10,864 nt of DNA from a virus. Taxonomy: Duplodnaviria; Heunggongvirae; Uroviricota; Caudoviricetes. The notes under the pieces were generated by a model. That model was not told the DNA's origin, ran no database searches, and was given only the letters and a program-made list of their open reading frames with translations. Location: the IMG/VR virus record IMGVR_UViG_2534682158_000020, positions 1 through 10,864 of that record. One strand, given 5' to 3'. The translations under genes were made by a program, and so were the position numbers. The number at the start of each line of letters is the position of its first letter. The stretch's first letter is position 1. Positions 7,214 to 10,864 of the stretch are shown in pieces.

Positions 7214-8254
7214 ATGAGTGATTTATATTCGCCAGCTATGTTAATACAGGTTGTTAATGCCGAAGATATTCAATGGCAGATTAATTCTTTATTTATAAAC
7301 CTTTTTTTTAAGCGAGTCGTTACATTTGAGACGCGGGATATTGCGCTTGATATTATTGACGATCCAGACATCCCGATGGCTGCGTTTTGTTCACCTATGG
7401 TTGGTAGCAAAGTCTCACGCGATGAAGGCTACGAATCGAAAGTAATTCGTCCTGGCTACATGAAGCCAAAAAGTAGTATCGACCCAAATAAAATAGCCGT
7501 TCGTCAACCAGGCGTATCACCGGAACAATTCAATGCATATTCATCACGCAGTTTCAAAATAAAGCGAGCGTTAGTAAGACAAGCGCAGGCAATTCGTGCG
7601 CGTATTGAGTGGCTTGCTGTTCAGGCGGTTACAACGGGGAAAAATATCATTGAAGGCGATGGAATTGAACGTTATGAACTGGACTGGAATATAAAACCAC
7701 AAAATATTATCACGCAGTTCGGCGGTACGGAGTGGAGCGGTAGAGATTTATCAACATTTGATCCAAACGATGACATCGAAGAGTACGCAGAAATCAGCGA
7801 AGGTACTACAAATATCATCGTAATGGGCCGCAACGTATGGAAAAAATACCGCGCCTTTAAAGCAGTAAAAGATTGCCTTGATACTCGACGGGGATCTAAT
7901 TCCGTTCTTGAAACGGCCCTGAAAAATCTTGGGGATTCTGTAAGCTTCAAGGGTTACGTTGGCGATGTTGCTATTGTGGTATATAGCGGACGTTATACCG
8001 ACGAGGACGGAACTGAAAGATATTTCCTTGATCCTGATTTGATGGTGCTTGGCAACACATCATTACAGGGCATCGTTGCCTACGGTGGCATTCAGGATCC
8101 TGAGTTAATCAGAATGGGGCTTACTAAAGCCGAACTTGCGCCGAAAAATTACATCGTACCAGGTGATCCGGCTATTGAGTACGTACAAACGCACTCTGCA
8201 CCACAGCCAATACCGGCCCGCATCAATCGTTTTGTTACCGTTCGCATTGGTTAA
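7214..8254 (+). CDS. Major capsid protein, lambda gpE family
   Basis: 346 aa versus 341 for lambda gpE, with long collinear matches to gpE as I recall it: GGTEWS.RD.ST.DP.DDIE.YA, NIIV, FKAVK..LDTRRGSNS.LETA.K.LG..VS.KG..GDVAIVVYSG.Y, MVLGNT, YG.IQD. RBS AGAGG. Confidence 0.92.
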   Translation: MSDLYSPAMLIQVVNAEDIQWQINSLFINLFFKRVVTFETRDIALDIIDDPDIPMAAFCSPMVGSKVSRDEGYESKVIRPGYMKPKSSIDPNKIAVRQPGVSPEQFNAYSSRSFKIKRALVRQAQAIRARIEWLAVQAVTTGKNIIEGDGIERYELDWNIKPQNIITQFGGTEWSGRDLSTFDPNDDIEEYAEISEGTTNIIVMGRNVWKKYRAFKAVKDCLDTRRGSNSVLETALKNLGDSVSFKGYVGDVAIVVYSGRYTDEDGTERYFLDPDLMVLGNTSLQGIVAYGGIQDPELIRMGLTKAELAPKNYIVPGDPAIEYVQTHSAPQPIPARINRFVTVRIG

Positions 8255-8263
8255 GGGGGAGCA

Positions 8264-8605
8264 ATGGCTACTCATTACACTGAACTCATGGCTGGCACTG
8301 AAGCACTGGTTACTACGTTGGGGATATTTTCAGCTAATAAAGGGGTAATTCCTGCATTTACGCCACTGATGCAAGAAGATGCAACTGGTGCACTGGTGGT
8401 ATGGGATGGAACGAGCGCAGGCAAAGCTGTTTATGTTTCCGCTGTACAAATCGATACAGCGACAAAAACGCAGGCTCAGGTTTATAAAACCGGCGTCTTA
8501 AATGTTGATGCTCTGAACTGGCCTGAATCTGTAACACAACTATCAGCAAAAGTTGCTGCGTTTGTTGGCTCAGGTATTTCTGTTCAGCCGCTGGCTCGTG
8601 TGTAA
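8264..8605 (+). CDS. Head decoration protein, lambda gpD family
   Basis: 113 aa versus 110 for lambda gpD; matches gpD motifs TPLM, LV.WDGT..G.AV, YK.G, WPE, AF.G..IS. Starts 10 nt after the capsid gene with a GGGGGAG RBS. Confidence 0.9.
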   Translation: MATHYTELMAGTEALVTTLGIFSANKGVIPAFTPLMQEDATGALVVWDGTSAGKAVYVSAVQIDTATKTQAQVYKTGVLNVDALNWPESVTQLSAKVAAFVGSGISVQPLARV

Positions 8606-8616
8606 AGGGGGATACA

Positions 8617-9000
8617 ATGCAGAATGATTACAATGACCTTAAGCCAATTGCCGAAATGATGTACCCGAATCAAGCTGTAGAGGAATTAAAAGCTATCGCT
8701 GACAAAATGTGTTTAAGCGAGCGCCTTGTTGATATGAATCAGGTGATGGAAATTACAACCCTGAGTCGTCGTACACTGCTAAACCTTGAGGCTAGTGGAG
8801 AGTTCCCGAAGCGTGTGCAGGTTACGGAAGGGCGTAAGGCCTGGTATTTAAGTGAAGTGATCGACTGGATAAATAATATTCCTCGCGCTTCTGAATATTG
8901 CCGCGTACCTGTCCCAAAAAAGCCAGATGCGGCGCTATGCCTCAAGATTGAGCGTGTACGCCGCAATGCACGGGATGGTCGCTATAAGCTGATTGGTTGA
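8617..9000 (+). CDS. AlpA-family HTH protein with an N-terminal extension (127 aa)
   Basis: C-terminal half (MNQVMEITTLSRRTLLNLEASGEFPKRVQVTEGRKAWYLSEVIDWINN) has the AlpA/Vis-type motif. ATG 8617 with GGGG RBS, 12 nt after the gpD-like stop. Confidence 0.7.
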   Translation: MQNDYNDLKPIAEMMYPNQAVEELKAIADKMCLSERLVDMNQVMEITTLSRRTLLNLEASGEFPKRVQVTEGRKAWYLSEVIDWINNIPRASEYCRVPVPKKPDAALCLKIERVRRNARDGRYKLIG

Positions 9001-9029
9001 TGAAATTAGGGCCCGCTCTGGCTGGCGGG

Positions 9030-9140
9030 TCCTTTCCGGCGATCCAGAACGTTACGGGGCGGCTGACGCGCGGGTTTTCGCTATTTATGAGCATTTTAAG
9101 GGGACTGGTGGTGGTTTTGTTGTTCGTTGTATCTGTATGA
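9030..9140. other. Lambda-type cos site (cosQ-cosN-start of cosB)
   Basis: CGCGGGTTTTCGCTATTTATGA (9069-9090) is identical to lambda positions 13-34 as I recall them. Upstream TCCTTTCCGGCGATCC...GTTACG resembles the lambda right end. The inferred 12-nt cohesive-end position reads GGGCGGCTGACG (9057-9068). An R3-like element follows (GGTTTTGTTGTTCGTTG, about 9112-9128). Confidence 0.7.
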
Positions 9141-9216
9141 ATAATAAGAGAAAAGCACAATCAATACACCAACCTGAAACAGTAATTAAGTTGTGGTATC
9201 AATGAAATTGCACCTG

Positions 9217-9744
9217 ATGAACAAAAAAAACATGGCAAAAAGTTGCCGTGTAAGCGCCACTGCGTTCGATAAGTGGGGAGTGATTCCCGTCGAGCGTAAG
9301 GGCCGCGAGGCGTTTTATGATGTCGCCAGTGTAATAGATAATCGGGTTAACAATGCAATCAGCCAGATTACAAACGAAACGGGCGAGATTGATGATGATG
9401 AACTCCTACGAGTCAGGATCAGATTGCTGACAGCACAGGCAGAGGCGCAGGAGCTTAAAAACGAGCGCGAACGCGGCGACGTTATTGATACAGCGTTTTG
9501 TATATACGTGCTTTCAAAATTGGCGAGTCAGATTTCTTCAATCATGGACAGCCTGCCGCTTACCATGCAAAGGCGCTTCCCACAGATGACCCCCGCCATG
9601 CTGGATGGCCTGAAAAAAGAAGTTGTCAGAGCCTGTAACGCATGCACAAAACTTGATGAAAACATCCCGCGAATGCTGTCCGATTATCTGATGGAAACTA
9701 CCGGAAATGTGCCTGATAAGTTTCAGCCGGATAAAGACAAGTAA
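9217..9744 (+). CDS. Terminase small subunit, lambda Nu1 family
   Basis: Collinear with lambda Nu1 as I recall it: N-terminal NKK...FD.WG.IPV..KG.E..YD.A.VI; central LTAQAEAQELKNERERGDVIDTAFCIYVLSKLA..ISSIMDSLPLTMQRRFP; C-terminal KLDENIPRMLSDY. Start is ambiguous (in-frame GTG 9193, ATG 9202, 9217, 9232; none has a strong RBS); 9217 aligns best with the Nu1 N-terminus. Confidence 0.85.
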   Translation: MNKKNMAKSCRVSATAFDKWGVIPVERKGREAFYDVASVIDNRVNNAISQITNETGEIDDDELLRVRIRLLTAQAEAQELKNERERGDVIDTAFCIYVLSKLASQISSIMDSLPLTMQRRFPQMTPAMLDGLKKEVVRACNACTKLDENIPRMLSDYLMETTGNVPDKFQPDKDK

Positions 9745-9980
9745 CGTAGTGCACAATGACCGAAGCCAGTTTACTGACTGGCTTTCAGCGTTGCGCTGGT
9801 GGGCGTTATGCGTCAGTAATGAACAAAAAATAATCGAAATCGACACCGAAAAATAAAACATCAAGTCATATCAATATATTGCATTGGTGGTGATGACGAA
9901 TAAAAATGCAAAAACTAGCCTTTTTCCGCGATGCTCCCGCCCCGTGGCAGGGCACCCCACCAGGAGGACCCGCCATCACT

Positions 9981-10277
9981 ATGGAGGCCATGACCATGAC
10001 CGAGACCGAAGCGCTCGGGATAATCCGCAGTATTACCGGAATCAGCCAGCAGGCTGACGAACAGGCCACGCAGCCGGATACAGTCACCGCTGAAAATTAC
10101 GCGCGTGTGATGGCTGAGGTGATGCGCCGTGACGGTATCGAGCTTAATGGCGTGGATATACGCAACATACGCACCAGAGTTCTGGAGATGTTGTCGTACC
10201 GTCGCCGCGTGCAGATGTACCAGGAGAAAGAAAAAATTACGTACCAGTGGAAGAAGCCGGAGCGGTTACGGCGATAA
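9981..10277 (+). CDS. Hypothetical protein (98 aa, or 93 aa from ATG 9996)
   Basis: ORF downstream of the Nu1-like gene. AGGAGG at 9962-9967 is 13 nt before ATG 9981; GGAGG at 9983-9987 is 8 nt before ATG 9996. No family recognised. Confidence 0.5.
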   Translation: MEAMTMTETEALGIIRSITGISQQADEQATQPDTVTAENYARVMAEVMRRDGIELNGVDIRNIRTRVLEMLSYRRRVQMYQEKEKITYQWKKPERLRR

Positions 10278-10832
10278 ATATTGGTGGGAGGGAGGATCAA
10301 ATCCTTGCAGCCATGGCTGCCCGGGACCGACCGCCGACCCTTGTTCACATCGCCGCAGGTTCGAAAACTTTTTTGGGAAGATGTGCACGGGATTGATAGA
10401 TGAGGTCTATCTATAAAAAATCACAAAATCCGCGCCATTGCTGGATCCGCCAAAAATCCCCCACCTTACGGCAGACAAAGAAAACGCGAATTATGGGCCT
10501 GTTGCAGAGAAAAAAGGTCTCACTAGTTTTGCGCATCCTGGCATCGAGGTTCGTCAGCCTCCCATCAGCAACCAGATAACTAATCTCGCTGGTGGGCATG
10601 ATGCCGATATGGGGACTCCCATAACGGTTTATCCGTGATCATCCACCAGCTTGATGACAGATAACAGGGAGTCATAACGGTTAAAATTGTATACTTTTGC
10701 AGCAAACATTTTTAGCTACACGTTAAGCTATACGATTTTGAGTTTAAATTTTTCAAATTCAATTAAATCAAATGGTTATACGCACTTTTTGAATACTCTC
10801 GTGCACCAAAAAATCCCCAAAAAAAAAACACT

Positions 10833-10864
10833 ACGTTACGTTTACGTTTACGTTTACGTTTACG
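10833..10864. repeat. Tandem hexamer repeat (ACGTTT)n, truncated by the window end
   Basis: ACGTT, then four full ACGTTT units, then ACG, read directly from 10833-10864. Preceded by an A10 tract (10819-10828) and an AT-rich non-coding stretch. Confidence 0.7.

Noticed and set aside
8942-9205. ORFs of 70 aa (+) and 72 aa (-) lying across the cos site
   Set aside because: They overlap the lambda-like cos sequence. The sequence conservation there is explained by cos function, not coding.
10354-10374. tRNA-like T-loop sequence GGTTCGAAAAC, possible tRNA fragment or att
   Set aside because: No complementary 3' T-stem, acceptor stem or CCA end follows, so it cannot be supported as a tRNA remnant.
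10395-10411. Short AT-rich inverted repeat GATAGA-TGAGG-TCTATC
   Set aside because: Only a 6-bp stem with no T-tract or adjacent gene. Likely chance.

Overview
The window reads as one compact integrated phage satellite of enterobacterial type, about 10.8 kb, with almost every gene on the + strand. All homology calls below are from memory of reference proteins (lambda gpE, gpD and Nu1, P4 alpha, E. coli SSB, AlpA); no database search was possible. In order: a P4/CP4-57-type tyrosine integrase (1-1242); an AlpA-family regulator (1769-1975); a divergent possible ribbon-helix-helix gene on the - strand (2626-2931); a roughly 480-bp structured leader with an internal intrinsic terminator; an early operon of an Icd/Kil-like ORF, two small unknown ORFs and a P4 alpha-like primase-helicase (3476-5991); a cluster of TGTTCACC iterons (6004-6233); a small ORF translationally coupled to an SSB (6278-6942); then a late module with a lambda gpE-like major capsid protein (7214-8254), a lambda gpD-like decoration protein (8264-8605), a second AlpA-like protein (8617-9000), a lambda-type cos site (about 9030-9140) and a lambda Nu1-like small terminase (9217-9744), followed by one more small ORF and about 590 bp of non-coding DNA ending in an (ACGTTT)n repeat cut by the window edge. 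The main finding is this combination: P4-like replication and leader architecture joined to only three lambda head/packaging genes plus cos, with no portal, protease, scaffold or large terminase in the window. I cannot confirm that it is undescribed. Secondary leads are the predicted cohesive end that differs from lambda, the leader repeats and terminator, and the unannotated small ORFs.
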